A stretch of 64,000 nucleotides of DNA from Eubacteriales bacterium (GCA_045538685.1 JAZSRX010000008.1:1982-65981); one strand, 5' to 3'. Positions 9,204 to 18,534 are shown, counted from the first letter of the stretch. Numbers and translations: made by a program. The notes: a model not told the origin generated them from the letters alone.

Positions 9204-10709
9204 ATGGAAAAAATTCTTGCTTCTATTAAGGGCTTATGGGCAAAAGCCAATAAAAAGCTTGTAATTGTTGTTGCATCCATCGTACTCGTTGTTGTTGCAG
9301 CCGGTGTTGGTTTGGGCATTTACCTTAACACACCCTCTGTTCTTGCAGTTAGAGCTGCATCCAGATTTGCAGACGACCTTGTTGCACGTGATGAGTTCAA
9401 GACAATTACCAAGACACTTAAGAAAGGTTCTGTTGAGGCATCTATGTCCAGTCTCAAAATGGACGACGAAGACCTTCTTCCCGAAGGATTCGCAGCATCA
9501 GGAAAGGTGTACTTCTCTAAGAATGCCTATATGCTTGAGAACCTTAACGTAAAGGCAGACGAGTTTAAGATTTCCGGTAATGTTTATATTTCCGACAAGC
9601 TCGTTTACATTCAGGAAGACGAGATTCTTAAGGACGCTTACGGTATTGAGTTCGATAATCTTGCAGAAGATTTCAGCAACTCTATCTTTGCATACGGTTC
9701 GGGTTCTGATTTCGCAATTCCCGACGAAGAGCTTTATGATGCACTTATTACCACTCTTGAAAACAGCAATGACGACAAGATGGTAAAGGAATTCGAAAAG
9801 ATCACCAAGAAGTATGTTAAGGATCTTTACAAGATCGTTTGCGAGCACGCTGAGTTCGAGTCCGAATCCGACAAGGTTAAGATCGACGGCAAAAAGCAGT
9901 CTGTAAGAGTTGTTACTCTCAAGATTGACGAAAAGGCAATGGCAAACATTGTGAACGATGTATACGAGTACCTTGCAGAAGACGACAAGCTTGTTGAATT
10001 CCTTGAAAAGTACGAGGATGCTTTTGCAATCGTAGTATATAGTGCAAATATGGATCAGACCATCGCCGAGATGTACGAAGAGATGATCGAAGAGATGGGC
10101 GAAGAGATTGATGATATCTGCGACGACATCGAAAGCAGCGAGTTCAATGTTGAAGTTGAGCTTGTTACACCTAAGGCATCTTCCAAGATTCTTCAGCTTA
10201 ACGTATCCCTTGACGGTGACGAAATGATTTCTCTTGATGTTGGTAAGTCCGGCATTAAGAAGTCCAACAAGATCACCATTTCTTCCGGCGGTGTTGATGT
10301 TGTATACGAAATCGAAGAGAACAACAAGAACGCATACGAGGCAACACTTAAGGTTGGCAAGGAAAAGGTTGCTTCCATTAAGATCGACCGCAGCGGAGAC
10401 GAGTTCAGCGTTTCTTTGGGTGCAAGCGAAGATAACCGCGTTGTAGTTAAGGGTAGCATTTCCAAGAGCGGAAAGACCACCACTATCGGTGTAGAGAAGA
10501 TTGAATATACACACGAAGATTACGTTTACGATGATTATTGGTCAGGACATTACGAAACCGTTACCGAAACCATCAAGACAAACCTTGAGATCATAATCAC
10601 CGAATCCGATAAGATTCCGAAGGCACCCACCGACTTCACAACCATCGACCAGATTAAGGAAGATGACATCGAGAACTGGGTAAAAAGAGTATACGGCGAG
10701 GAAGAATAA
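9204..10709 (+). CDS. hypothetical membrane-anchored acidic protein
   Basis: 501 aa. N-terminal TM anchor (LVIVVASIVLVVVAAGVGLGIYL). Rich in Asp/Glu. No family recognised. Confidence 0.6.
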   Translation: MEKILASIKGLWAKANKKLVIVVASIVLVVVAAGVGLGIYLNTPSVLAVRAASRFADDLVARDEFKTITKTLKKGSVEASMSSLKMDDEDLLPEGFAASGKVYFSKNAYMLENLNVKADEFKISGNVYISDKLVYIQEDEILKDAYGIEFDNLAEDFSNSIFAYGSGSDFAIPDEELYDALITTLENSNDDKMVKEFEKITKKYVKDLYKIVCEHAEFESESDKVKIDGKKQSVRVVTLKIDEKAMANIVNDVYEYLAEDDKLVEFLEKYEDAFAIVVYSANMDQTIAEMYEEMIEEMGEEIDDICDDIESSEFNVEVELVTPKASSKILQLNVSLDGDEMISLDVGKSGIKKSNKITISSGGVDVVYEIEENNKNAYEATLKVGKEKVASIKIDRSGDEFSVSLGASEDNRVVVKGSISKSGKTTTIGVEKIEYTHEDYVYDDYWSGHYETVTETIKTNLEIIITESDKIPKAPTDFTTIDQIKEDDIENWVKRVYGEEE

Positions 10710-10787
10710 TTCCTTCGTTTAAACTCAATCTATAAATCCGTCGGCAGAATTACATAGTTAGACTAAATAATTTCTACGGACAAAAAA

Positions 10788-10815
10788 GGACAGAGAGCTT
10801 TCTCTGTCCTTTTTC
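10788..10815. terminator. bidirectional rho-independent terminator
   Basis: Stem ggacagaga/tctctgtcc with loop gctt, flanked by an A-run and a T-run. Confidence 0.8.
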
Positions 10816-10867
10816 TTTATTTATCGGCAAAACAAAATTTTATTAATTTAAAGTCGTTAAAATCATT

Positions 10868-11545
10868 TTATTTAATATCAACACCGCCGAACACACTTGT
10901 TGCCTCTATGTAGAGTGTAACAGGCGAGTCGGGATTTCTTTCATAGTTGTCATCCACACCGCCAAAAACGGAAGTTGAGTCAACCTGAAGATTAATTCCC
11001 TTAGGAAGAATAATATCCACCCCACCGAAAACTGCATTTGCCTTAATCTTGCAATCCCTCTCGATAATTGCGTGCGAAAGATCACAGTCCACTCCGCCAA
11101 AGACAGCATTGATCTCACATCCGTCGAACTCAACACCGTCAAAATTCATATCCCTGCCGCCAAACACTGCGGTTTCGGAAGGAACTCCTGTAGGAAACTT
11201 TATCTCTGCATAAGCTTTATTTTTTCTTTTTCTGAAAGAATCTCCAAAAATAAGCTTAAATCCAAACAAAAGAAATACGGCAACACCAAGTATTTCCCAA
11301 ACGTTATGAGATTCAATATATCCAAGCTTTTTAAGAAGCAAAGAGACACCAAGCACCAATCCAATGCCATTTCCTACCTTGTCCCTCTCGGTAATCAGTC
11401 CCACACCGCACGGAATAATTATAAACAAAGTCCACCAGCCCGGAAACCATATGTCAATTTTTGTAACACCAAGGGCATTAAGTGCTAATATCACACCTGC
11501 AGCAAGTAAAACTATACCCCAGATAATCTTTTGAAACTTTTTCAT
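10868..11545 (-). CDS. LiaF-like cell-wall-active antibiotic response protein (4 TM plus DUF2154-like repeat domain)
   Basis: N-terminal TM helices. C-terminal domain has reiterated VFGG(V/R)D motifs (AVFGGRD, AVFGGVD x2, SVFGGVD x2). Confidence 0.6.
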   Translation of the reverse strand: MKKFQKIIWGIVLLAAGVILALNALGVTKIDIWFPGWWTLFIIIPCGVGLITERDKVGNGIGLVLGVSLLLKKLGYIESHNVWEILGVAVFLLFGFKLIFGDSFRKRKNKAYAEIKFPTGVPSETAVFGGRDMNFDGVEFDGCEINAVFGGVDCDLSHAIIERDCKIKANAVFGGVDIILPKGINLQVDSTSVFGGVDDNYERNPDSPVTLYIEATSVFGGVDIK

Positions 11546-11597
11546 AATACACTCCTTTTTTATTTCATTATATACCCATTTTTTAGAAAGTCAACAA

Positions 11598-12500
11598 TTA
11601 AATGAGACATTCTATCTCGAAAATCAACGATGCAGTATTATCCTCGGAATATTCGATTTCTTCGGAGATAACACGAACCCACTCTGCAAGTGTGTCAAAA
11701 TCAGCCACTCTCTCTTTGCTCATATGCTGAAGAACCGAAAGTAAAAGCAAACAATAGCCCACTCTTGCACGAAGCTCATCATAGTTTTCAGAGATGCTCA
11801 CATGGCGAAAAACAAGGTATGCAAAAAAGCGGATAAAATATATATCGTTTTGTGGAAAAACAGCATTATCGCAAACCCCGAAAATTCCTCGTCTGCTCTC
11901 ATCCAGATATTCAAGCGACATAAATGCCTCTCGCCACTCCTCTTTTTGCGTGTGAAATTGAGGTAAAGAGTATCTTTCCCTTATCGCGTTTATCTTTTCC
12001 GTATAAGACAAATCCCTGTTTTTAAGCACAGAATATATGTATTCTCTATGTGAAATGCTGTCAAAATTTGTTTCATCAGCCGCCTCTGCTAACCGAGAAT
12101 ATTCATCAAAGCAGTCATAGTCATCGGATGTGAGAATTATACGGCAGGCCTCTTCGCACACCGCACCTATTCCGCCTTCTACCCTGCCCATAACACTGTG
12201 ATAAAACCTTGGATGCTCCCGACAAATAAGCGAAACACCGCCTTCGCCCATACGGCAAATGAGGCGACATAGCCCTGCGTTATCAAGAAAGGGACACCTG
12301 CCGTCAGATAGGAGTTTTATCGTTGAATCGGACGTGTCAATGTGAGACATTATTTCGTCATAAATCTCGCCTTCCGATTCTTTATACATATTCATCGTTT
12401 CTTCGTCAACACCAATCTCCCAACTAACGCAGCAACTGTGCCTGCATTTCTCGGCGATGCATTTAAATTTTTTATAATAAGAAGGAAAACAAACCGTCAT
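11598..12500 (-). CDS. FliB-family (flagellin lysine-N-methylase-like) Cys-rich protein
   Basis: N-terminus FKCIAEKCRHSCCVSWEIGVD, then GRCPFL..GLCRL, both characteristic of this family. Confidence 0.5.
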   Translation of the reverse strand: MTVCFPSYYKKFKCIAEKCRHSCCVSWEIGVDEETMNMYKESEGEIYDEIMSHIDTSDSTIKLLSDGRCPFLDNAGLCRLICRMGEGGVSLICREHPRFYHSVMGRVEGGIGAVCEEACRIILTSDDYDCFDEYSRLAEAADETNFDSISHREYIYSVLKNRDLSYTEKINAIRERYSLPQFHTQKEEWREAFMSLEYLDESRRGIFGVCDNAVFPQNDIYFIRFFAYLVFRHVSISENYDELRARVGYCLLLLSVLQHMSKERVADFDTLAEWVRVISEEIEYSEDNTASLIFEIECLI

Positions 12501-12694
12501 ATATCTTCCCCTTTCTTTTTACTCATTTTATCACAAATACAGGAAAAAGTAAATAGACCGTTACATTTTTTTGTTTAGTAAAAACCGACGTTTTTATTTA
12601 TTAACGAATTATTCGATTTTAAAAAGATCAATATCAACAAAACAATCGGTCGAAAAATAACGAACAGATATTTTTCTTTTTTTAGCAAAAGCAC

Positions 12695-12723
12695 TTGACA
12701 AAGCACTTATTTTTTGGTAGAAT
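12695..12723 (+). promoter_or_regulatory. sigma-A promoter of tRNA-CAT
   Basis: TTGACA, 17 nt, TAGAAT, about 16 nt upstream of the mature tRNA 5' end. Confidence 0.7.
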
Positions 12724-12739
12724 ATACAAGCACATATTT

Positions 12740-12816
12740 GGAGCATTAGCTCAGTTGGTTAGAGCTACCGGCTCATAACCGGTCGGTCCAAGGTTCGAGT
12801 CCTTGATGCTCCACCA
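12740..12816 (+). tRNA. tRNA with CAT anticodon (elongator Met or lysidine-modified Ile2; not initiator-like)
   Basis: Cloverleaf read by hand. Acceptor stem GGAGCAT/ATGCTCC, D arm GCTC/GAGC, anticodon stem ACCGG/CCGGT with loop CTCATAA, T arm CAAGG-TTCGAGT-CCTTG, encoded CCA. Confidence 0.9.
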
Positions 12817-12823
12817 CAGAAAC

Positions 12824-12847
12824 GGCACCCATTTGGGTGCCTTTTTT
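12824..12847 (+). terminator. rho-independent terminator of tRNA-CAT
   Basis: Stem ggcaccc/gggtgcc with loop attt, followed by tttttt. Confidence 0.85.
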
Positions 12848-12869
12848 GTTTCTGTGGTGGAGCATCAAG
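12848..12869 (+). repeat. perfect 22-nt inverted copy of the tRNA-CAT 3' end plus trailer (partner 12802-12823)
   Basis: gtttctgtggtggagcatcaag is the reverse complement of cttgatgctccaccacagaaac. Confidence 0.95.
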
Positions 12870-13079
12870 ATTGACTCGCCCTTGCTCTTTGGCTTTGCCA
12901 AAGATAAGGTATTGCCGCTCGGGGGGATATTTGTGCCGATTACACTTGTTGCAATACCTGAATACACCATCTCCTCGCCAGGCAAGATACCGCTGTTGCG
13001 GTATGCGCATACCAAACGAAGCTGTCGGAAAGCTCGCTTTCCAGCAGCGAGTGCAGGTATATTGCTCCAAAGGAGCAAA

Positions 13080-13098
13080 GTCCTTGATGCTTCACCAC
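13080..13098 (+). repeat. direct copy of the tRNA-CAT 3' end (19 nt, 1 mismatch versus 12799-12817)
   Basis: gtccttgatgcttcaccac compared with gtccttgatgctccaccac. Confidence 0.9.
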
Positions 13099-13115
13099 CG
13101 TCGAGCATTTTTCTT

Positions 13116-13163
13116 TTATAAAAACCAAAGCTCCGAAGGTTTCCCTTCGGGGTTGTCTGGAGC
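13116..13163 (+). repeat. 48-nt direct copy (1 mismatch) of the tRNA-Thr 3' end plus its terminator (partner 13358-13405)
   Basis: ttataaaaaccaaagc[t/c]ccgaaggtttcccttcggggttgtctggagc occurs at both positions. Confidence 0.95.
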
Positions 13164-13305
13164 AACACGGGTATTCGTTTGCTACGCAAAAACGAAGATA
13201 CCCTCGCCCTTCGCCTGAAGAACAAGCTCTTCGATCTTCGGGCGGAGTATGTGAACCGGATTCTGTGTCTTAGACACAGAGCTCGATTCAAAGCGAGAGT
13301 AGCAA

Positions 13306-13319
13306 CTCCAGACAACCCC
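13306..13319 (+). repeat. 14-nt inverted copy of the tRNA-Thr 3' end/trailer motif
   Basis: ctccagacaacccc is the reverse complement of ggggttgtctggag at 13149-13162 and 13391-13404. Confidence 0.9.
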
Positions 13320-13320
13320 A

Positions 13321-13348
13321 AAACAAAAAAGCACTCCCACAAGAGTGC
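13321..13348 (-). terminator. second minus-strand terminator-like hairpin
   Basis: Stem gcactc/gagtgc, followed on the minus strand by ttttttgtttt. Confidence 0.6.
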
Positions 13349-13359
13349 ATATTTATATT

Positions 13360-13394
13360 ATAAAAACCAAAGCCCCGAAGGTTTCCCTTCGGGG
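13360..13394 (-). terminator. rho-independent terminator of tRNA-Thr
   Basis: On the minus strand: stem ccccgaagg, loop gaaa, stem ccttcgggg, then ctttggttttta. Confidence 0.8.
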
Positions 13395-13399
13395 TTGTC

Positions 13400-13475
<76 letters not shown>

Positions 13476-13506
13476 ATGCACCAAGATGTTTCCCAGTGAC
13501 TCGATT

Positions 13507-13535
13507 ATTATAACAAATATTTTTAATTTTGTCAA
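13507..13535 (-). promoter_or_regulatory. sigma-A promoter of tRNA-Thr
   Basis: On the minus strand: TTGACA, 17 nt, TATAAT. Confidence 0.7.
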
Positions 13536-13719
13536 TACATTTTAGAAAAAAAGCAAAAAATTTATTAATTAGAATTGCATTAATTCTACAAATGGTTTTT
13601 TATAACGTCTATATTTATAACAAAAATATACAAACATCTTAACAAAAACCTTGAAATGTTAATTTATGTATGTTATAATCAAATTAAGAAACTTTTGACA
13701 ATCAACGGAGAATTATAAT

Positions 13720-14961
13720 ATGAAAAATTTACTGGATTCACTTTCAATATTTGTTTTCCTGATAATTGTTGTTCTTATCGGATTTAAAACCGCAAACGAT
13801 TTGAATGAAGCCAAGATGAATGCATATATCGACAGCTTCGAACCGGTAAACTACAGCAACCAGCTTTCACCCGAATATGATAGCGACGGAGTTCCCTATT
13901 TTGTAACAGACGGTGACTTTAAGGTTCTTCATCTGACAGATATACATATCGCAGGTGGCATTTTATCTAAAGAAGAGGATAAAAAGGCAATCAATGCAGT
14001 TGCTGCAATGATTAACACCGAGAAGCCCGATTTGGTTGTGGTAACAGGTGACATTTCCTTTGCTGTGCCCTGGGCAGGAACAATTAATAATGCTTATGCT
14101 CACAAATACTTCATTCGTCTGATGGAAAACCTTGGTGTATATTGGACAGTAACATTCGGAAACCACGATTCTGAAGTATATGACTTCTATAACAGAGCAC
14201 GTGTGGCAGAGATGTATAACAGTGAAAATCTTAAACACTGTCTTTACACCTCAGAAGATGGCGGAGTATATGGCGAGGGCAACCACGTAATAAATCTCAG
14301 AAATTCCAAAGGGCTTATTACAAAAAGCTTTATTATGATGGATACCAATTCCTATACCGACGAAGATCCTCTTGGAATCAGATGGATTTACGATAACATT
14401 CACGAAGACCAGATTGAATGGTATCGAAATGTAATTAACACCAACAACAGCTACAACCAAAACATTCTTGACTCCATTCCCGAAAGCAAACGTCCTGAGA
14501 ATACAGAAGATTTTACCACAGTACAAAGTATGGTATTTGTTCATATTCCGCTTATGGAAGTAAGAAATGCTTATAACGAATATCTTGATGCAGGAGAAGC
14601 AAATACAGAAGATTTAAAATATCTTGAAGGTAAGATAGGCGAAGAAGAGCCCTACGTTTACTGCTCAGAAGAAGAGGAAGAGATGTTTGAGACTATGCTT
14701 TCTCTCGGCAGTACAAAGGCGATGTTCTACGGACACGATCACCTGAACAACGCAGTTATGGAATACAAGGGCATCACCCTTTCCTACGGATATTCAATAG
14801 ACTATTTTGCATATTCCAACATAGATTTGAAGGGTGCACAGCGAGGATGCACGGTTATCAACTGTCACGTCGACACATCCTTTGATATTATCCACGAAAA
14901 CTACTATCAGGAAAAATACACTCCCCTTTATGAAAAAGAGGTTGTGGATATGACTCCTTAA
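13720..14961 (+). CDS. membrane-anchored metallophosphoesterase (calcineurin-like)
   Basis: N-terminal TM helix. Motifs LHLTDIH, VVVTGD, GNHD, GHDH. Confidence 0.8.
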   Translation: MKNLLDSLSIFVFLIIVVLIGFKTANDLNEAKMNAYIDSFEPVNYSNQLSPEYDSDGVPYFVTDGDFKVLHLTDIHIAGGILSKEEDKKAINAVAAMINTEKPDLVVVTGDISFAVPWAGTINNAYAHKYFIRLMENLGVYWTVTFGNHDSEVYDFYNRARVAEMYNSENLKHCLYTSEDGGVYGEGNHVINLRNSKGLITKSFIMMDTNSYTDEDPLGIRWIYDNIHEDQIEWYRNVINTNNSYNQNILDSIPESKRPENTEDFTTVQSMVFVHIPLMEVRNAYNEYLDAGEANTEDLKYLEGKIGEEEPYVYCSEEEEEMFETMLSLGSTKAMFYGHDHLNNAVMEYKGITLSYGYSIDYFAYSNIDLKGAQRGCTVINCHVDTSFDIIHENYYQEKYTPLYEKEVVDMTP

Positions 14962-14965
14962 AAAA

Positions 14966-14991
14966 ACGGCGAGAAATTCTCGCCGTTTTTT
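14966..14991. terminator. bidirectional rho-independent terminator
   Basis: Stem acggcgag/ctcgccgt, flanked by an A-run and a T-run. Confidence 0.8.
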
Positions 14992-14996
14992 CTTTT

Positions 14997-16346
14997 TTAC
15001 TTTGAAAGCGATTCAAGCAGTGCACTATCGGTTACACCGAGGGAAAGGAGAATTAATATCTTTTCCGCATCGTTGTCAGTGCTTGCTACCAGTGTATCAA
15101 TAGTAAGTATTTGACTTGTACCGCACTGAAGGCAATGTCTCTCATACTCAACACCGCCAAGAAGTCGCCAATCGCCAAATTCGTGATCATAAGTGGGTGA
15201 AATCTGCGAGCCGGAGGACAGAAGCTTGTCACAGTCGGAGCAGTAGGTGTCGCCTGTATAACCGTTATTTTTGCAGGTAGCATCAAGCTGATTTCTGAGC
15301 TCGGTACGGCTGTGAGTACATACAGGATCGGGATTGTCGGGTGTGTAGTTAGGATCTTGTGCTCCGCAGGCACACTTACCGTTAACGAATGTGTGTACAT
15401 GAGGAACTTCGGGATCGCTACCGCCCTGGTTACCGCCGTTGTTTCCTGCTGAAAGTGCCTCGCCGGAGGGAGTCTGCATATCAGAAGGAACCTCTCTGCC
15501 AAAGATAAGCCAAGCATACTCGGGATAGTCGATAAATACGTTTCTGTTACCCTGAATATCTTCTACAACCTCGTTTCTACCCATTTCCCAGGTATCTACA
15601 GGGTCCATTTCGCACCAGGCAAGAAGAACGTCAACACTCTGGAATACCTCAGTTACACTGTCTGCACCCCACTGCGAGCCCCATCTTACATAAACGTAAA
15701 GACAGATTCTTGCCACGTCACCCTTAACATTGTCAAGGGGTTCGTAATATGTAGAACTGTATCCGCCAAGTACACCGGATGCAGGATTGCTGCCGTAAAC
15801 CGCCTTACCGCCACTGGCATTACCGTACTTTTTGTTTCCGCGAGTGCTGTTAACTACCGCATCCGAGGGACGAATGTGGTGAAGGTCTGCACCGCCGCCG
15901 GTTGTGTTGTCACCGCCAAGACTCTTGGGCCATACGTGCTCACGGTTCCAACCGTTCCACTGGCTCATTGTTGCCTCGTAGCTTGTATAAATAAGACTTA
16001 ATTTATTGCTTCTTCCGTTTTCGTTTTCACAGTCGGTTCTGTTTGCCATATAATGACAATCATCATAAGATGAAACATATGTATGTGTGGATCTCATAAG
16101 TGTGCGAAGAGAATCAAGTATCTCTGTTGATGACTTTTGAGAAAGAACGTCATATTCGTAGATTCCGTTATAGTAATAATCTGCACTTGTGCCGTCAAGA
16201 GTAGTACAAACAACATCACGCTGGCCGGAGTTGTAGCTTTGGGAATAAGACGTGGGCTGTCCTACGGCGATTACGGGCACGTAGGAAGAAAGTATAATTA
16301 TTATAGCTAACAGTGCAGCCACTGTGCTCTTTAAATATTTTCTCAT
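14997..16346 (-). CDS. secreted endonuclease I family nuclease with a C-terminal Cys-rich extension
   Basis: Signal peptide. Motifs REHVWPKSLGG and DLHHIRPSDAVVNSTRGNKKYG, typical of Endonuclease_1. Cys/His-rich tail. Confidence 0.6.
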   Translation of the reverse strand: MRKYLKSTVAALLAIIIILSSYVPVIAVGQPTSYSQSYNSGQRDVVCTTLDGTSADYYYNGIYEYDVLSQKSSTEILDSLRTLMRSTHTYVSSYDDCHYMANRTDCENENGRSNKLSLIYTSYEATMSQWNGWNREHVWPKSLGGDNTTGGGADLHHIRPSDAVVNSTRGNKKYGNASGGKAVYGSNPASGVLGGYSSTYYEPLDNVKGDVARICLYVYVRWGSQWGADSVTEVFQSVDVLLAWCEMDPVDTWEMGRNEVVEDIQGNRNVFIDYPEYAWLIFGREVPSDMQTPSGEALSAGNNGGNQGGSDPEVPHVHTFVNGKCACGAQDPNYTPDNPDPVCTHSRTELRNQLDATCKNNGYTGDTYCSDCDKLLSSGSQISPTYDHEFGDWRLLGGVEYERHCLQCGTSQILTIDTLVASTDNDAEKILILLSLGVTDSALLESLSK

Positions 16347-16398
16347 GTTTTTCTCCTAAAATATTATTTTTTCGGTGTTTTTGTAAACTTTTATTTAC

Positions 16399-17232
16399 TT
16401 ATCCAAGGATTTCGTCGAGAGAAGCATCCAAATACTCCTCTGCATCACGAGGTGCAGAAATACTAACCTCTGCATCATAGTTATATTCGTAATTGAGATG
16501 CATAGTTACTTTGTATTCCTCGCCGCCCATATTAATAACAAAATTACATGAGATTTTCGAGCTGGTTATTTCGCCTTTAAATGTTTCGAAGCAATATGTT
16601 ACATCACTAAGCTTTACCATTGCACCGATGGCCTCAAACTTTGATGCAAAAATGTTGCAAAGACTTTCTTTTGCATCGCTTGAAATACCTGTGCAGGTAT
16701 AAATAATTGAATAACCGTGGGGCTCTGTGTTAGACTGACTGAAATCATCCTTGCTGATATTTGCACCTGCACCAACATCAGAAAGAAGCTGAGACTTTTG
16801 CTCGGCATTCATATTTGCCTTCTTATATTCGGACAAAAAAAGCTCGCCAACGGAAATTTCATTTGCATAGTAAATAACACCGTCTATGTAAACATAATCT
16901 GTTTTTGTGGTGATGTCATTTACACTTGCAAAAGATTCTACCTTGATGTTATCACCGTCAAAACTAATTGTAGTTGCGGGAGATCCAATGGCAGCAATTG
17001 CATCCTTCATTTTAGCATCCTTGGTTTCGTACACCGTCTTTACGGTTACAGTATAACTGTCGGACGTTTCTTCGGGCTCTTCGGTATCGCCAGAGTTGTT
17101 TTCGCCACCTGTTTCTTCATTTACATTATTGTTTTCACCGTCATTCTGCTGATCCTTTTTACACGAAACAAAGCATCCGCAAAGAATAAAGAGACAAGTA
17201 ATTAAAGCCAAAAGCTTTGTTGTAATGTTCAT
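16399..17232 (-). CDS. hypothetical lipoprotein
   Basis: Lipobox LFILCGCFVSC. Acidic linker. No family recognised. Confidence 0.6.
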   Translation of the reverse strand: MNITTKLLALITCLFILCGCFVSCKKDQQNDGENNNVNEETGGENNSGDTEEPEETSDSYTVTVKTVYETKDAKMKDAIAAIGSPATTISFDGDNIKVESFASVNDITTKTDYVYIDGVIYYANEISVGELFLSEYKKANMNAEQKSQLLSDVGAGANISKDDFSQSNTEPHGYSIIYTCTGISSDAKESLCNIFASKFEAIGAMVKLSDVTYCFETFKGEITSSKISCNFVINMGGEEYKVTMHLNYEYNYDAEVSISAPRDAEEYLDASLDEILG

Positions 17233-17374
17233 ATCATTCTCCTTGTTTTTGCATTTTCTACCAATTATATTTTACTATAAAAAAATTTAAATGTCAATAG
17301 ATTACTTAAATAGTTGAAATTTCGTGTTTTCGGTGATATAATAGCATAAGTAAATCAAAGCTAAGGACTCAAAA

Positions 17375-18529
17375 ATGTATCTTCTTCTTTTATCGGTTAT
17401 TTATTTGGCATTTATCAGCTTAGGCCTGCCCGATTCACTGCTTGGTGCGGCCTGGCCAACCGTTTATTCTGAGTTTAATATACCTATTTCCTACCTTGGA
17501 CTTGTATCAATGATAATTTCGGGCGGTACAATATTTTCAAGTCTGCTTACCGACCGAGTCGTAGCAAAATTCAGAACGCGGAACGTAACCGCTGTCAGTG
17601 TTTTGCTTACGGCAGCGGCAATGCTGGGCTTTTCTTTTTCAAAAGAATTTTATCAGCTTTGCCTGTGGGGTATTCCCTACGGCTTCGGTGCGGGTGCAAT
17701 AGACGCCGCACTGAATAATTATGTTGCCCTGCACTACAATTCCCGACATATGAGCTGGCTTCACTGCTTTTGGGGTGTGGGCACAATAATCAGCCCATAC
17801 ATTATGAGCTACGCACTGACTCATTCGGTTTGGCGAGACGGATACAGATCCGTATCTTACATTCAGATTTTTATTTTTATAATAATTATACTGTCTCTTC
17901 CGCTTTGGAAAACCAACGAGGAGAAGGCAGATATCAAAACAGAAGCAACACCGATAGGTATTGGCAGTGCTATCAAAATCAAGGGTGTTTTGCCGTTGAT
18001 GATAGGATTTATGTCCTACTGTGCCGCCGAAGCAACCGCAATGCTTTGGGCAAGCAGTTATTTTGAAGGTGTATTCAATATGACAAAAGATGCTGCGGCG
18101 GCACTTGGTTCGCTTTTCTTTATAGGTATGACTGTCGGAAGATTTTTCGGCGGATTTATTACGGAAAAGCTTGGTGACAAGCGTATGATTCGCATAGGCA
18201 CAGCAATAGGCGGTGTTGGAATAATACTTTCTGCCATGCCTCATAAAACAATTGCCATAGTCGGATTTATTATTATCGGTATCGGTTGTGCACCTATATA
18301 TCCCTGCATAATTCATTCTACGCCAATAAGATTCGGTGCAGAAAAATCACAGAGCATTATCGGAATACAGATGGCATCTGCCTATCTCGGCTCTACCCTT
18401 ATGCCGCCATTATTCGGTCTGATTGCAAACCATATAAGTCTTTCGCTTATGCCTGTATACATCGCATTCTTTATGGCTCTTATGATGATTTTACTTTGCA
18501 AAGCAGACAAGGACGCACCCGCAAAATAA
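17375..18529 (+). CDS. MFS transporter
   Basis: 384 aa with about 12 TM helices. MFS-like loop motif (GRFFGGFITEKLGDKR). Confidence 0.75.
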   Translation: MYLLLLSVIYLAFISLGLPDSLLGAAWPTVYSEFNIPISYLGLVSMIISGGTIFSSLLTDRVVAKFRTRNVTAVSVLLTAAAMLGFSFSKEFYQLCLWGIPYGFGAGAIDAALNNYVALHYNSRHMSWLHCFWGVGTIISPYIMSYALTHSVWRDGYRSVSYIQIFIFIIIILSLPLWKTNEEKADIKTEATPIGIGSAIKIKGVLPLMIGFMSYCAAEATAMLWASSYFEGVFNMTKDAAAALGSLFFIGMTVGRFFGGFITEKLGDKRMIRIGTAIGGVGIILSAMPHKTIAIVGFIIIGIGCAPIYPCIIHSTPIRFGAEKSQSIIGIQMASAYLGSTLMPPLFGLIANHISLSLMPVYIAFFMALMMILLCKADKDAPAK

Positions 18530-18534
18530 AAATG

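Larger units (their letters stand above)
12848..13320. ncRNA. candidate structured non-coding RNA region between convergent tRNAs (family and strand unassigned)
   Basis: No credible CDS. Visibly richer in G+C than other intergenic DNA here (not computed). Two long-range closing stems (12854-12869/13083-13098 and 13149-13162/13306-13319) enclose many local hairpins. Confidence 0.3.

Noticed and set aside
9498-10514. Long antisense ORFs opposite confident genes, for example 9498-10514 (338 aa), 35947-37059 (370 aa), 42833-43705 (290 aa), 50391-51467 (358 aa), 54724-55506 (260 aa) and 60209-61429 (406 aa).
   Set aside because: These are shadow ORFs on the strand opposite well-supported CDSs (NrdD, Rny, the ABC transporter and others). 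Their composition is Cys/Asn/Leu/Phe-rich nonsense, and they have no ribosome-binding sites or recognisable domains.
12773-13342. A 189-aa ORF on the minus strand, together with overlapping ORFs at 12765-13070, 12837-13121, 12871-13218 and 13179-13421, in the inter-tRNA spacer.
   Set aside because: They run through the tRNA genes and terminator hairpins and have no ribosome-binding site. Their translations are low-complexity and Arg/Leu/Ser-rich, as expected from structured G+C-rich non-coding DNA.
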